Shown one piece after another: positions 1 through 9,043 of a DNA stretch of 64,000 bases. The translations under genes and the position numbers were made by a program. The DNA is taken from assembly GCA_965199855.1 (NCBI GenBank), contig OZ241326.1, positions 2,279,682 through 2,343,681 on the forward strand, written 5' to 3'. This DNA comes from a bacterium. Lineage in GTDB: Bacteria; UBA8248. The notes under the pieces were generated by a model that had not been told where the DNA came from, did no database searches, and saw only the letters and a list, made by a program, of their open reading frames with translations. Numbering within the stretch: the stretch's first letter is position 1; the number at the start of each line of letters is the position of its first letter.

Positions 1-319
1 TCCGGGAGGGATTCAGAATCGCCTTCTCCGCGTAGCTACCGCTCGACGCGGCGCCGAATACCCTGTCCCCCGGGGAGAACCCCTCCACGCCCTCGCCCAC
101 GGCGAGCACCTCGCCCGCCGCGTCGATGCCGGGCGTCCAGGGCAGGGACAGGCTCTTCGAGAGCGGATGGGCACCCGAGCGAAAGGTCGTGTCCACGGGG
201 TTCACCCCCGCCGCGCGCACCCGCGCGAGAATTTCTCCCGCCGAGGGGGTCGGCTCCTCCGCCTCCTCGAGAACCATCACCTCGGGGCCTCCGAACTCGC
301 GCACATGTATGGCTTTCAT
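1..319 (-). CDS. NADPH:quinone oxidoreductase / Zn-type alcohol dehydrogenase (MDR) family protein, N-terminal 106 codons; gene runs off the left edge
   Basis: Own reverse translation from ATG at complement(317-319): MKAIHVREFGGPEVMVLEEAEEPTPSAGEILARVRAAGVNPVDTTFRSGAHP...LPWTPGIDAAGEVLAVGEGVEGFSPGDRVFG, a typical Qor/MDR GroES-like N-domain. Absent from the ORF track because no stop lies in the window. Confidence 0.8.
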   Translation of the reverse strand, partial: MKAIHVREFGGPEVMVLEEAEEPTPSAGEILARVRAAGVNPVDTTFRSGAHPLSKSLSLPWTPGIDAAGEVLAVGEGVEGFSPGDRVFGAASSGSYAEKAILNPSR

Positions 320-465
320 CGTCGTCTCCCGTTGGAAAAAGCAGGACGCCGCGGCGCGCGGCTCTTTCTCGCCGCCGCCCGAAGCGCCGCTCTCGATAAA
401 GCTGTTCCATATTCTCTATCACACCCGCGCAGAAAACGCTCCCGCGCCGGCCGATCGCCGAAGGT

Positions 466-493
466 CTTGACACGGCCGGCGGAGCGTAGATAA
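466..493 (+). promoter_or_regulatory. sigma70-like promoter candidate for the TAXI-TRAP operon
   Basis: TTGACA (466-471), 16-nt spacer, GATAAT (488-493) in the divergent intergenic region. Implies a ~175-nt leader containing a 7-bp hairpin GGTGATG(612-618)/CATCACC(625-631). Pattern match only. Confidence 0.4.
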
Positions 494-673
494 TGAGGCA
501 TTCTTCCAGACGGAATCGACGCGCTCCCCGCCGGCGCGAGCCATGGAGGCGGGAAGCCCGAAGAACGCGCGCGGCTTCGGGGAGATTTCCGCAGGGGCAG
601 GGCCTTCATCGGGTGATGCGGCGTCATCACCATTGCAATCGCGCATGACCTCACCACCGAAAAGGAGTCGGCA

Positions 674-1663
674 ATGAAGAAATTCTCGTTCTTCCTGGCA
701 GCGGCGGCCACGGCGCTCATGATGGGCGCGGCGGACGCGGCGGAGCGCTACCGCTTCGGGGGCGGCCCCTCCGGCGGGGGCTGGCATCCGGCCATCAGCG
801 CGGGAACCCAGCTGCTCAACAGAAAGCTGGGCGGCAAGTTCTACTTCCAGTATTCCCCCTCGGCCGGCTCGGTGGCCAACGTGCGCCGCGTGGGCCTCGG
901 CGAGTTCGGCACCTCGTGGGGGCACGTGGGCCAAGTCTATCAATCCTGGACGGGCACGGGCCTTTTCAAGAAGGACGGAGCGAACAAGAACTTCCGCATC
1001 GTGGCCAACGTCCGCGCCCAGGGGCAGATCATCGCCGTGCTGGCGGACAGCCCCATCAAGTCCTACAAGGACATGGCGGGCAAGCGGGTGAACCTGCTCA
1101 AGCAGGGCACCGGCAGCCACGTGAACTGCAAGAACATCTTCGCGGCCATCGGGCTTCTCGACAAGGTTCAGCCGCGGTATCTCGGCTTCTCCGCCTCGGG
1201 CCGCGCCCTGGGGGATCGCCAGATCGACGTCTACTGCTCGGCCGGCGCCCCCTTCACCATCCCCGCGCTCACCCGGCTCTCCATCCAGAAGCCGGTGCGC
1301 TACGTAAGCCTCACCGAGGCCGAGCAGAAGGCCGTGACCTCCCGGCACAAGTTCTACGTGCCGGTCACCATCCCGCCCCAGAAGGAAGTCCGCGGGATGA
1401 CGCAGTCCGCCCGCTCCATCGCCTACGACGTGTGGTGGATCGCGCACAAGCAGATGTCCGACGCCGCCATCTACAACATGCTGAAGGTCATCGCCGATCC
1501 GAACAACCTCAAGCAGCTCACCAAGACGGCGCGGTATTGGCGCGACCTGAGCGGCAACTTCAACGCCCTGAAGGTGCACAAGATCTGGGTGCACCCCGCC
1601 GCCGCGCGCTACTGGAAGGAGCGCGGCGTGAGCGTGCCCGCCGAAGTCGTGAAGGGCTACTAG
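674..1663 (+). CDS. TRAP transporter solute-binding protein, TAXI family
   Basis: 329 aa. Signal peptide MKKFSFFLAAAATALMMGAADA. GGGPSGGGWHP and SAGSVANVRRV motifs typical of TAXI receptors. AAGGAG RBS 6 nt upstream. Followed by the fused TRAP permease. Confidence 0.85.
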   Translation: MKKFSFFLAAAATALMMGAADAAERYRFGGGPSGGGWHPAISAGTQLLNRKLGGKFYFQYSPSAGSVANVRRVGLGEFGTSWGHVGQVYQSWTGTGLFKKDGANKNFRIVANVRAQGQIIAVLADSPIKSYKDMAGKRVNLLKQGTGSHVNCKNIFAAIGLLDKVQPRYLGFSASGRALGDRQIDVYCSAGAPFTIPALTRLSIQKPVRYVSLTEAEQKAVTSRHKFYVPVTIPPQKEVRGMTQSARSIAYDVWWIAHKQMSDAAIYNMLKVIADPNNLKQLTKTARYWRDLSGNFNALKVHKIWVHPAAARYWKERGVSVPAEVVKGY

Positions 1664-1802
1664 GGAATTCCCGCGCCGCGGGCGCGAACGCGGAAGAAAT
1701 CCCCCGGGGAGGAGACGCGGAGGCGCCCTCCTCCCCGGGGTTCCCTCGCGCTTCTTTCCCCTGAACCGGGGGCTGAACCGCCCATGCCGAGGTAAGGACG
1801 CG

Positions 1803-4274
1803 ATGCTCCGGAATCTCCTCCCCATCCTGATGAAGATCGGCCTCATCTCGGACGAAATGATCAGGCCCCGCGATCTGCGGGGCTTCTCGCGCGCGGTCGT
1901 CTCCGTCATATCGGTGGCGTTCTCCTACTTTTTCGTGCACATCTCCTACTTCGGCCCGCCGCGCTCGGAAATCTTCAAGGGCGTCTATATTCTGGCGACC
2001 GCCGCGCTGTGCATCCTCGTCTATAAAAGCCGGCAGCGGCCCGTCCGCGAGGGCTTCGCCTGGCTGGACGAAATCTTCTCGCTCCTCGCCCTCGCCGCCC
2101 TGTGCGCGTCGCTCGCCCTGTGGCTCTACTGGGCCGCCTTCCACCGGGGCGGGCTGTGGAGCGAGTTCATGGTCGGGGCGGCGTGGCCCGTCGCCCTGGG
2201 CGGCGGGCTGTTCGGCGTCTTCCTGTATCGCCGCGAGGCCGCGCGGGAGCGCGTCCCGGAGCTCCCGACGCTCGCCGACTGGCTGTTCATCGCCGCCGCC
2301 GTCGCCCCCATCATCTGGTGGAACATCTACAACATCGAGCTCACCACGCGCATCGGCGGCCCCGTGCCCGCCTCGGTGGTCATCTACACCGCCCTGCTCA
2401 CGGCGGTGAGCTTCGACGTCGCGCGGCGGGTCATCGGCCCCGTCATCCCCTTCATCGGCTTCCTGTTTCTCATCTACACCTTCCGGCCCGTCGCGCAGAT
2501 CTCGCCGGGCCTCCTGTTCCACGACGGCTTCGGGCTCGACCGCGTGGCCGAGTTCCTCATGCTCGAGGCCGACGGCATCACCGGCCTCATCGTCGAGGTG
2601 TTCGCCACCTACATCGTCATCTTCGTGGTGCTCGGCGCCTTTCTGGAGAAGACGGGCCTCGGCGAGTTCCTCATCGACGCCACCTACCGGCTCACGGGGC
2701 AGAAGACGGGCGGCCCCGGCCTCACGGCCGTCATGTCGAGCGGGCTGTTCGGCATGATATCGGGCAGCGGCGTGGCCAACGTGGTGACGACGGGAACCTT
2801 CACCATCCCGCTCATGAAGCGGGTGGGCTACCGCTCCGAGTTCGCCGGCGCGGTCGAGGCGGCCGCCTCCACGGGCGGCGCCTACATGCCGCCCATCATG
2901 GCGGGCGCCGCCTTCCTCGTCGCGCAGCTCACCGAAACGCCCTATTTCGAGATCGTCAAAATCGCGACGCTGCCCGCCATCCTCTACTATCTCTCCGTGG
3001 GCTACATGGTCTATATCCGCGCCGTGCGGCGCGGGCTTCACGGCGTGCCCGCCTCGGAGCTGCCGCCGTGGAGCAAAATCGTCCCGCGCCTCCACTTCCT
3101 GCTGCCGATTCCGGTGATGGTGTATTACCTCGTCATCGGAGACTCCGCCTTCCTGGCGGCCTTCAAGACCATCTGCATCATCGTCATGCTGAAGTCCTGC
3201 GAACTGCTCTCGGCCTTCAAAACCCCGACGGCGGAGAAGACGGCGCGCCCGTTCCTGCTCATCTCCATCGTCTTCGGCGTCTTCTCCTATTACTTCGGGC
3301 TGAAGGTCGGCGCGCCCTTCTCCTGGTTCGCGGACACGCTGCGCGGGATGAACTGGGGAGACGGCCTGATGTGGACGATAGCCGCCTTCCTCCTCCTGAA
3401 GCTCGGCGAAATCCTCACGGCCGCCCTCCAAAGCGGCTCCTCCGCCGGCCCCGAATACGAAACGGGGCCCATCCTCTTCACGCGGCTGCGCGAATTCGTC
3501 CTCGAAATCATCAGAATCACCTGGGTCTCCCTGGAGGCCGGCGCGAGAAACACCCTCGTCATCGGCTGCATCGCCTGCGTTCTGGGCATCCTTCTTTCCT
3601 GCGCGACGCAGAGCGACCTGTCCGGGCGCATCTCCATCCTGCTGACGGAGTTCAGCTTCGGGCTTCTGCCGCTCACCATCATCTGGGTGATCATCGCCGG
3701 CTACATCGTCGGCATGGGCCTGCCCATCACGGCGAGCTACGTGGTGCTGGTCATCTTCGGCGTCATCGCGCTCACCAACCTGGGGATTCCCACGGTGCAC
3801 GCCCACCTCATCTGCTACTGGGTGGCCGTCGTGAGCGCGGTGACCCCTCCGGTCGCCCTGGCGGCCTACGCGGCGAGCGCCATCGCCGTCTCCGACCCGG
3901 TGAAGACCGGCTTTCAGGCGCTCAAGCTCGCCTCCTGGCTCTTCATCATGCCGTTTCTGTTCGTCTATACCCCGCTGCTCCTGAACGGCACGCCGACCGA
4001 GGTGGCCATCACCTTCGGGGCGTGCCTCGTCGGCATCGTCGGCTGGGCCGGGTGGATGGAGAATTTCATGACGCGCCCCGCCAACGGCGTCGAGCGCGCG
4101 CTGATGTTCGTGAGTTCGGTGTGCCTGCTCCTGCCCGTGGGAAATTTCGTGGTGTTCATCACCCCGATGGAGGGAGACCTGAGGTACGCCTCATACGCCG
4201 TCGGGCTGCTCGCCATCGCGGCGGCGCTCGTCATGCAGAGAACCCGCGCGGGCGGAAGCCCGCGCGCCGCCTGA
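1803..4274 (+). CDS. TRAP transporter fused (4TM/12TM) permease, TAXI-associated type
   Basis: 823-aa polytopic membrane protein. GPGLTAVMSSGLFGMISGSGVANVVTTGTFTIPLMKRVGY is characteristic of DctM-like fused permeases. Directly downstream of the TAXI receptor. Confidence 0.85.
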   Translation: MLRNLLPILMKIGLISDEMIRPRDLRGFSRAVVSVISVAFSYFFVHISYFGPPRSEIFKGVYILATAALCILVYKSRQRPVREGFAWLDEIFSLLALAALCASLALWLYWAAFHRGGLWSEFMVGAAWPVALGGGLFGVFLYRREAARERVPELPTLADWLFIAAAVAPIIWWNIYNIELTTRIGGPVPASVVIYTALLTAVSFDVARRVIGPVIPFIGFLFLIYTFRPVAQISPGLLFHDGFGLDRVAEFLMLEADGITGLIVEVFATYIVIFVVLGAFLEKTGLGEFLIDATYRLTGQKTGGPGLTAVMSSGLFGMISGSGVANVVTTGTFTIPLMKRVGYRSEFAGAVEAAASTGGAYMPPIMAGAAFLVAQLTETPYFEIVKIATLPAILYYLSVGYMVYIRAVRRGLHGVPASELPPWSKIVPRLHFLLPIPVMVYYLVIGDSAFLAAFKTICIIVMLKSCELLSAFKTPTAEKTARPFLLISIVFGVFSYYFGLKVGAPFSWFADTLRGMNWGDGLMWTIAAFLLLKLGEILTAALQSGSSAGPEYETGPILFTRLREFVLEIIRITWVSLEAGARNTLVIGCIACVLGILLSCATQSDLSGRISILLTEFSFGLLPLTIIWVIIAGYIVGMGLPITASYVVLVIFGVIALTNLGIPTVHAHLICYWVAVVSAVTPPVALAAYAASAIAVSDPVKTGFQALKLASWLFIMPFLFVYTPLLLNGTPTEVAITFGACLVGIVGWAGWMENFMTRPANGVERALMFVSSVCLLLPVGNFVVFITPMEGDLRYASYAVGLLAIAAALVMQRTRAGGSPRAA

Positions 4275-4301
4275 TTCATCCATCCCCCGAAAGGAGGCGA
4301 G

Positions 4302-4931
4302 ATGAGCGGCGCTCCTCCCCTCAGGCGCGTCCAGCACGTGGGTCTGAAAGTCCACGACCTCGACGAGGCGGTGAATTTCTACGGCGGCGTCATGGGGCTC
4401 ACCATCTCGGATCGCTACGAGCCGGGCGACAACCCCCACAATCCCTGGGGCATCTGCTTCATGCGCTGCGGCGAGGGGCATCACGAAATATCCCTCATCG
4501 CGTATCCCGAAGAAGCCGGCCTCTCGCCGAAGGAGGGCGGCATGAGAAAGCCCGAGGTCGGCCTCCACCACGTCGCCTTCGAGGTGGACTCCAGGGAGGA
4601 GCTGGAAGCCTGGGCGGCCCACGTCCGCTCGCGGGGAATCGACATCGCGGCGGGGCCGCTCGTCCACAGCCCGACGCACCCCGAGGGGGACGGCACCCTG
4701 GGCGAGAACCGCGCCTTTTACTTTCACGACCCCTCCGGAAACGGAATCGAGATTTTCTGCGACATGGCGCGGATGGACGCGGGCGCGAACCGGGTGAGCG
4801 AGGAATGGCATCGGGCGCGCCTGGAGCGGGACGGATACGCGCGCGACGCCGCGGACCCGCCCCCCGCGTGGCGGCCCGGCGTCTCCAGCATGGCGGGGGC
4901 GAAGGAGAAATTCGGCCGGCCCTCCTCCTGA
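4302..4931 (+). CDS. VOC-family (glyoxalase / extradiol dioxygenase fold) protein
   Basis: 209 aa. VQHVGLKVHDLDEAVNFYGGVMGL, GLHHVAFEV and FYFHDPSGNGIEIF match the paired VOC modules. AAGGAGG RBS upstream. Confidence 0.75.
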   Translation: MSGAPPLRRVQHVGLKVHDLDEAVNFYGGVMGLTISDRYEPGDNPHNPWGICFMRCGEGHHEISLIAYPEEAGLSPKEGGMRKPEVGLHHVAFEVDSREELEAWAAHVRSRGIDIAAGPLVHSPTHPEGDGTLGENRAFYFHDPSGNGIEIFCDMARMDAGANRVSEEWHRARLERDGYARDAADPPPAWRPGVSSMAGAKEKFGRPSS

Positions 4932-4959
4932 CGCCCGAGACCGAGAGAGAAAGCGCAAA

Positions 4960-5916
4960 ATGCCGCATCGCGTCGTAAGCGTGGACGAGCGCAGCAGAAC
5001 GCAGCCGGCGCGCCGGGCGTTCATGGAGGAATACCTGCATGAGGGCTACGAGTTCATCGTGCCGGACTCGTTCGCCGAGGACGCCCTGCTGGAGGAGGCG
5101 CGAGGCGCCTGCGCGCTCGTCACCGGCTTCGCCCCCATCACGCGGAAGCTCATGGAGGCGGGGCCCGGCATCAAGGTCGTCGGCAAGGCGGGCGCCGGCG
5201 TGGACAACATCGACCTGGCGGCCGCCACCGAGCTCGGCATCCCCGTCGCCAACGCCCCCGGCTGGATGCGCTGCGTCCCCGTGGCGGAGCACGCCATGGC
5301 GCTCATGCTCATGCTGGCGCGCAGGCCCCGGCTCTGGCCGACGGGGGAGCGCAGGCTCCACGTTCAGCTTCAGGGGGCGACGCTCGGCGTCGTGGGCCTC
5401 GGCAACATCGGCCGGGCGCTCGCCCGGCGCGCCGCCGGCTTCGAGATGGAAATTCTCGCCCACACGCGCACGCGGGGAAAATTCCGGCCGGAAGGCTTCC
5501 GGGTGGAGGAGACGGCGACGCTCGAGGAGCTCCTGCCGCGCGCCGACTTCGTGGCGCTCACCCTGCCCCTGACGCCGGAGAGCCGGGGGCTGATCGGCGC
5601 GAGGGAGCTCGGGCTGATGAAGGAGACGGCGCTTCTCGTCAACGTCTCGCGCGGCGCCCACGTGGAGACGGACGCGCTCGTCCGCGCCCTGCGCGAGGGG
5701 GGCATAGCCGGCGCGGGACTCGACGTCACCGACCCGGAGCCCCTGCCCGGGGATCACCCCCTGCGCCGGCTTCCCGGCGTCGTCCTCTCCCCGCACAACG
5801 CCGCCCAGACCGAGAGCGTCCAGCGCGAGAGCTACAGGCTTTTGTGCGATAATATCAGGCGGGCGGTGGAGGGCGAGAAGGTCACCTCGCTCGCCAACCC
5901 CGGGCTCTACGACTGA
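4960..5916 (+). CDS. D-isomer-specific 2-hydroxyacid dehydrogenase family protein
   Basis: 318 aa. GAGVDNIDLAAATELGIPVANAPG, NAD-binding GVVGLGNIGRALARRA, and a C-terminal SPH catalytic region. Confidence 0.85.
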   Translation: MPHRVVSVDERSRTQPARRAFMEEYLHEGYEFIVPDSFAEDALLEEARGACALVTGFAPITRKLMEAGPGIKVVGKAGAGVDNIDLAAATELGIPVANAPGWMRCVPVAEHAMALMLMLARRPRLWPTGERRLHVQLQGATLGVVGLGNIGRALARRAAGFEMEILAHTRTRGKFRPEGFRVEETATLEELLPRADFVALTLPLTPESRGLIGARELGLMKETALLVNVSRGAHVETDALVRALREGGIAGAGLDVTDPEPLPGDHPLRRLPGVVLSPHNAAQTESVQRESYRLLCDNIRRAVEGEKVTSLANPGLYD

Positions 5917-5942
5917 AGCGCGCCCGCGAAGGAGGACCCCTC

Positions 5943-7079
5943 ATGGAGGATGCGCCCGTTCGGGGTCTCGAAGGCGTAGTAGCCGCCGATACGCGGATAT
6001 GCGATCTGGACGGCGTGAACGGCGCGCTGGCCTATCGCGGCTACGACGCGCCGGAAATGGCGCGCGAAGGGGCGACGTTCGAGGAAATCGCCCATCTCCT
6101 GTGGCGCGGCGAGCTGCCGGACCGGGAGCAGTTCAAGGCGTTCGACGCGCAGCTCAAGGCCGAGCGCGCGCTCTCGCCGGAGCTCCTGCGCGCTCTCGGA
6201 CGGATGCCCCCCGGCAGGCAGCGGACGGCGGCGCTGCGGGCGGGCGTCGGCGCGATGGGGCTTTTCGACCCCGAGGCGGAGGACGACGCGCCGGAGGCGA
6301 ACCTCAGAAAAGCGATGCGCCTCACCGCGAAAATGCCCACCCTCATCGCCGCCCAGCACAGGCTGGCGGCGGGCCTCAGGCCCTTAAGTCCCCGCAGGGG
6401 ACTCGGCCACGCGGCGAACTTCCTCTACATGATCACCGGCGAGGCGCCCGACGGGGAGGACGCCCGCGCGCTCGACGCCTCCCTCGTCCTCTACGCCGAG
6501 CACGAGATCAACGCCTCCACCTTCGCGGCGCGGGTCGCCGCATCCACGATGTCGGACATCTACTCCGCCGTCACGGCGGGCGTCTGCGCCCTGAAGGGCC
6601 CGCTGCACGGGGGCGCCGGCCTGGCGGTGATGGAGACGCTGCGCGAGATCGGCGAAGTCGAGAACGTGGAGCCCTTCGTGGAGGCGGCGCTCGCGCGAAA
6701 GAGGCTGTTCATGGGGTTCGGCCACCGCGTCTATGCGAAGAGCGGAGACCCGCGCGCGGGCGTCCTCGCCGCGCTGGCCGAGGAGGTGTGCCGCCGCCCC
6801 GGCCGGGAGAGCAAGTGGTTCGAGATGGCGAAGGCGCTCGACCGCGCGGTGGGCAGCCGAAAGGGCGTCATCCCCAACGTGGACTTCTACTCCGCTCCCC
6901 TCTGGCAGGGGCTGGGGATTCCCATGGAGCTCTTCGTCCCCGTCATCGCCATGTCGAGGGTCGCCGGCTGGACGGCCAACGTTCTGGAGCAGAAGGCCGA
7001 CAACCGCCTCATCCGCCCCCGCGCGCGCTACGTCGGCGCGGCCAGGCGGCCCTACAGCCCCCTCGGAAGCCGTGGCTGA
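5943..7079 (+). CDS. citrate synthase family protein (citrate / 2-methylcitrate synthase-like)
   Basis: 378 aa. LKGPLHGGA, HEINASTFAARV, GFGHRVY and NVDFYS motifs of the short citrate synthases. Confidence 0.85.
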   Translation: MEDAPVRGLEGVVAADTRICDLDGVNGALAYRGYDAPEMAREGATFEEIAHLLWRGELPDREQFKAFDAQLKAERALSPELLRALGRMPPGRQRTAALRAGVGAMGLFDPEAEDDAPEANLRKAMRLTAKMPTLIAAQHRLAAGLRPLSPRRGLGHAANFLYMITGEAPDGEDARALDASLVLYAEHEINASTFAARVAASTMSDIYSAVTAGVCALKGPLHGGAGLAVMETLREIGEVENVEPFVEAALARKRLFMGFGHRVYAKSGDPRAGVLAALAEEVCRRPGRESKWFEMAKALDRAVGSRKGVIPNVDFYSAPLWQGLGIPMELFVPVIAMSRVAGWTANVLEQKADNRLIRPRARYVGAARRPYSPLGSRG

Positions 7080-9042
7080 GCCGGGGGCGCGCAGCCTCGC
7101 GCAGAAGCTTCTCGACGCCCATCTCGTATCGGGGGCGGCGAGGACGCCGGGCGAGGAAATCGAGCTCAGAATCGATCAGGCGCTTCTCCAGGACGCCTCG
7201 GGACCCATGGCGTTGCTCCAGTTCGAGGCCATGGGCTTCGAGAGAGTCCGCCAGAAGACGGCCGTCATGTACGCCGACCACCAGAGCCTCCAGGTTCACA
7301 GCCTTCACGCGGAAGCGCACCGCTTCATGCTCGCCTTCTGCCGAAAGCGCGGCATCCACTTCTCCAAGCCCGGAAACGGCGTTTGTCACAACGTTCACCT
7401 CGAGGAATTCTCGGTTCCGGGCGAGAGCCTGCTCGGCACCGATTCGCACACCCCGCAGGCGGGCGCGGTGGGGATGCTGGCGCTAGGCGCGGGGGGGCTG
7501 GACGTGGCGGCGGCCATGGCGACGGGCGCGGCGATTCTCCCCCGCCCGCGCGTCGTTGAGGTGAGTCTGTCGGGCAGGCTCGCGCCCTGGTGCGCGGCGA
7601 AGGACGTGGGGCTGGAGCTCCTCCGGCGCCTGGGCATTCACGGGGGAATCGGCAAGTTTTTTGAATACGCGGGCGCGGGCGTCCGCTCGCTCTCGGCGCC
7701 GGAGCGCTTCACCATCGCGAGCATGGGAACCGAGCTGGGGCTGACGGGCAGCGTGTTCCCGAGCGACGCGCAGACCCGGCTGTTCTACGAGCGCATCGGC
7801 CGCCCCGGCGACTGGTCACCCCAGGAGGCGGACGCCAACGCCGCCTACGACGAGAAAATGGCGCTCGACCTGGGCGAGGTGCAGCCCCTCGTCGCCCTGC
7901 CCTCCAGCCCGGACGGCGTGGTTCCCGCCGCCGAGGCCGCCGGGACGCCCATTCATCAGGTCGTCATCGGCAGCTGCACGAACGGCTCGTTCACCGACAT
8001 CGCCTCGTTCGCGCAGGCGCTCCGGGGCCGCAAGGTGGCGGACGGCGTGGACGCCATTGTCTTCCCGGGCAGCCGGCAGGCGTTCGAGGAGCTCGCCCGG
8101 GAGGGGCATCTCGCCGACCTGCTCGCCGCGGGCGCGTGCGTCTCGGAGTCCACGTGCGGGGCGTGCCCCGGCTACGCCCACGTCCCCGCCCCGGGCATGA
8201 ACTCCCTGCGCGCGTTCAACCGCAACTTCCGCGGACGCTCGGGTCTGAGCGAGGATTCCGTCTATCTCGCCAGCCCCGAGACGGCCGCCGTAGCCGCCCT
8301 GCACGGCGAGCTGCGCGACCCGAGGAGCGAGGGAAAGCCCCCCGGGGTTCTGCTTCCCTACCGCCTCGCCTCCGACAGGACGGGCATCGTTCCCCCGGCG
8401 GAGGATCCGTCCTCCGTGGAAATTCCCCGGGGGCCGAACATCGGCCCCGTTCCGGTGGGGACGCCCCCGGGCGATTCCTTCGACGGGGAGGTTCTCATCA
8501 AGCTCGGCGACGGCGTCTCCACCGACCACATCAGCCCGGCGGGGGTCGAGGCCATCACCTACCGGACGAACATGCCCGCCCTGGCCGACTTCACGTTCAG
8601 GCGCGTGGACCCGGGGTTCGTCCCGCGCGCCCGAGAGGCGGGCGGCGGCGTCATCGTCGCGGGAGAAACCTACGGACAGGGCTCCGCGCGCGAGCAGGCG
8701 GCCATCTGCCCGATGATCCTGGGGATTCGCGCCGTCATCGCCAAGAGCTTCGCCAGAATCCACCGGGCGAACCTCATCAACTGGGGCGTCCTGCCCCTCT
8801 CGTTCCTCGACGAGGCGGACTACGACGAAGCGGCGCCCGGGCAGAGGCTCTCCGTCTCCCGTCTGCGGGATTCCCTCGCCGAGGACGCGCTGGAGGTGAG
8901 GAACGAGGACGCGGGCCGCGCCTTCCGCGTCTCCTGCCCGCTGACGGAGCGCGAGCGGCGCGTTCTGCTGGCGGGCGGGGCGCTCGCCCTGGCGCGCGGC
9001 GAGGGGGCCGCCGCCTCGACCGGGGCGCGGGAGGGCGCGTGA
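7072..9042 (+). CDS. aconitase-family hydratase, short (~656 aa) single-chain type with C-terminal swivel domain
   Basis: In-frame GTG at 7072 overlaps the citrate-synthase stop by 8 nt. The upstream part of track ORF 6733-9042 is Arg/Ser-rich junk overlapping the previous gene. IDQALLQDASGP, GTDSHTPQAG, IGSCTNGS, CGACPG, NRNFRGRSG and swivel GETYGQGSAREQAA motifs are present. Confidence 0.85.
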   Translation: MAEPGARSLAQKLLDAHLVSGAARTPGEEIELRIDQALLQDASGPMALLQFEAMGFERVRQKTAVMYADHQSLQVHSLHAEAHRFMLAFCRKRGIHFSKPGNGVCHNVHLEEFSVPGESLLGTDSHTPQAGAVGMLALGAGGLDVAAAMATGAAILPRPRVVEVSLSGRLAPWCAAKDVGLELLRRLGIHGGIGKFFEYAGAGVRSLSAPERFTIASMGTELGLTGSVFPSDAQTRLFYERIGRPGDWSPQEADANAAYDEKMALDLGEVQPLVALPSSPDGVVPAAEAAGTPIHQVVIGSCTNGSFTDIASFAQALRGRKVADGVDAIVFPGSRQAFEELAREGHLADLLAAGACVSESTCGACPGYAHVPAPGMNSLRAFNRNFRGRSGLSEDSVYLASPETAAVAALHGELRDPRSEGKPPGVLLPYRLASDRTGIVPPAEDPSSVEIPRGPNIGPVPVGTPPGDSFDGEVLIKLGDGVSTDHISPAGVEAITYRTNMPALADFTFRRVDPGFVPRAREAGGGVIVAGETYGQGSAREQAAICPMILGIRAVIAKSFARIHRANLINWGVLPLSFLDEADYDEAAPGQRLSVSRLRDSLAEDALEVRNEDAGRAFRVSCPLTERERRVLLAGGALALARGEGAAASTGAREGA

Positions 9043-9043
9043 C

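Noticed and set aside
1560-4978. Very long ORFs 1560-3806 (-, 748 aa) and 2102-4978 (+, 958 aa) overlapping the TRAP permease gene
   Set aside because: The translations are Arg/Gly/Pro/Asp-rich low-complexity strings without recognisable domains. They are alternative frames of a clearly recognisable membrane-protein gene. The same reasoning applies to 419-1909(-), 4495-5796(-), 7816-9099(-), 8777-10060(-), 11573-12799(-), 12968-14374(-) and 14398-16329(-).
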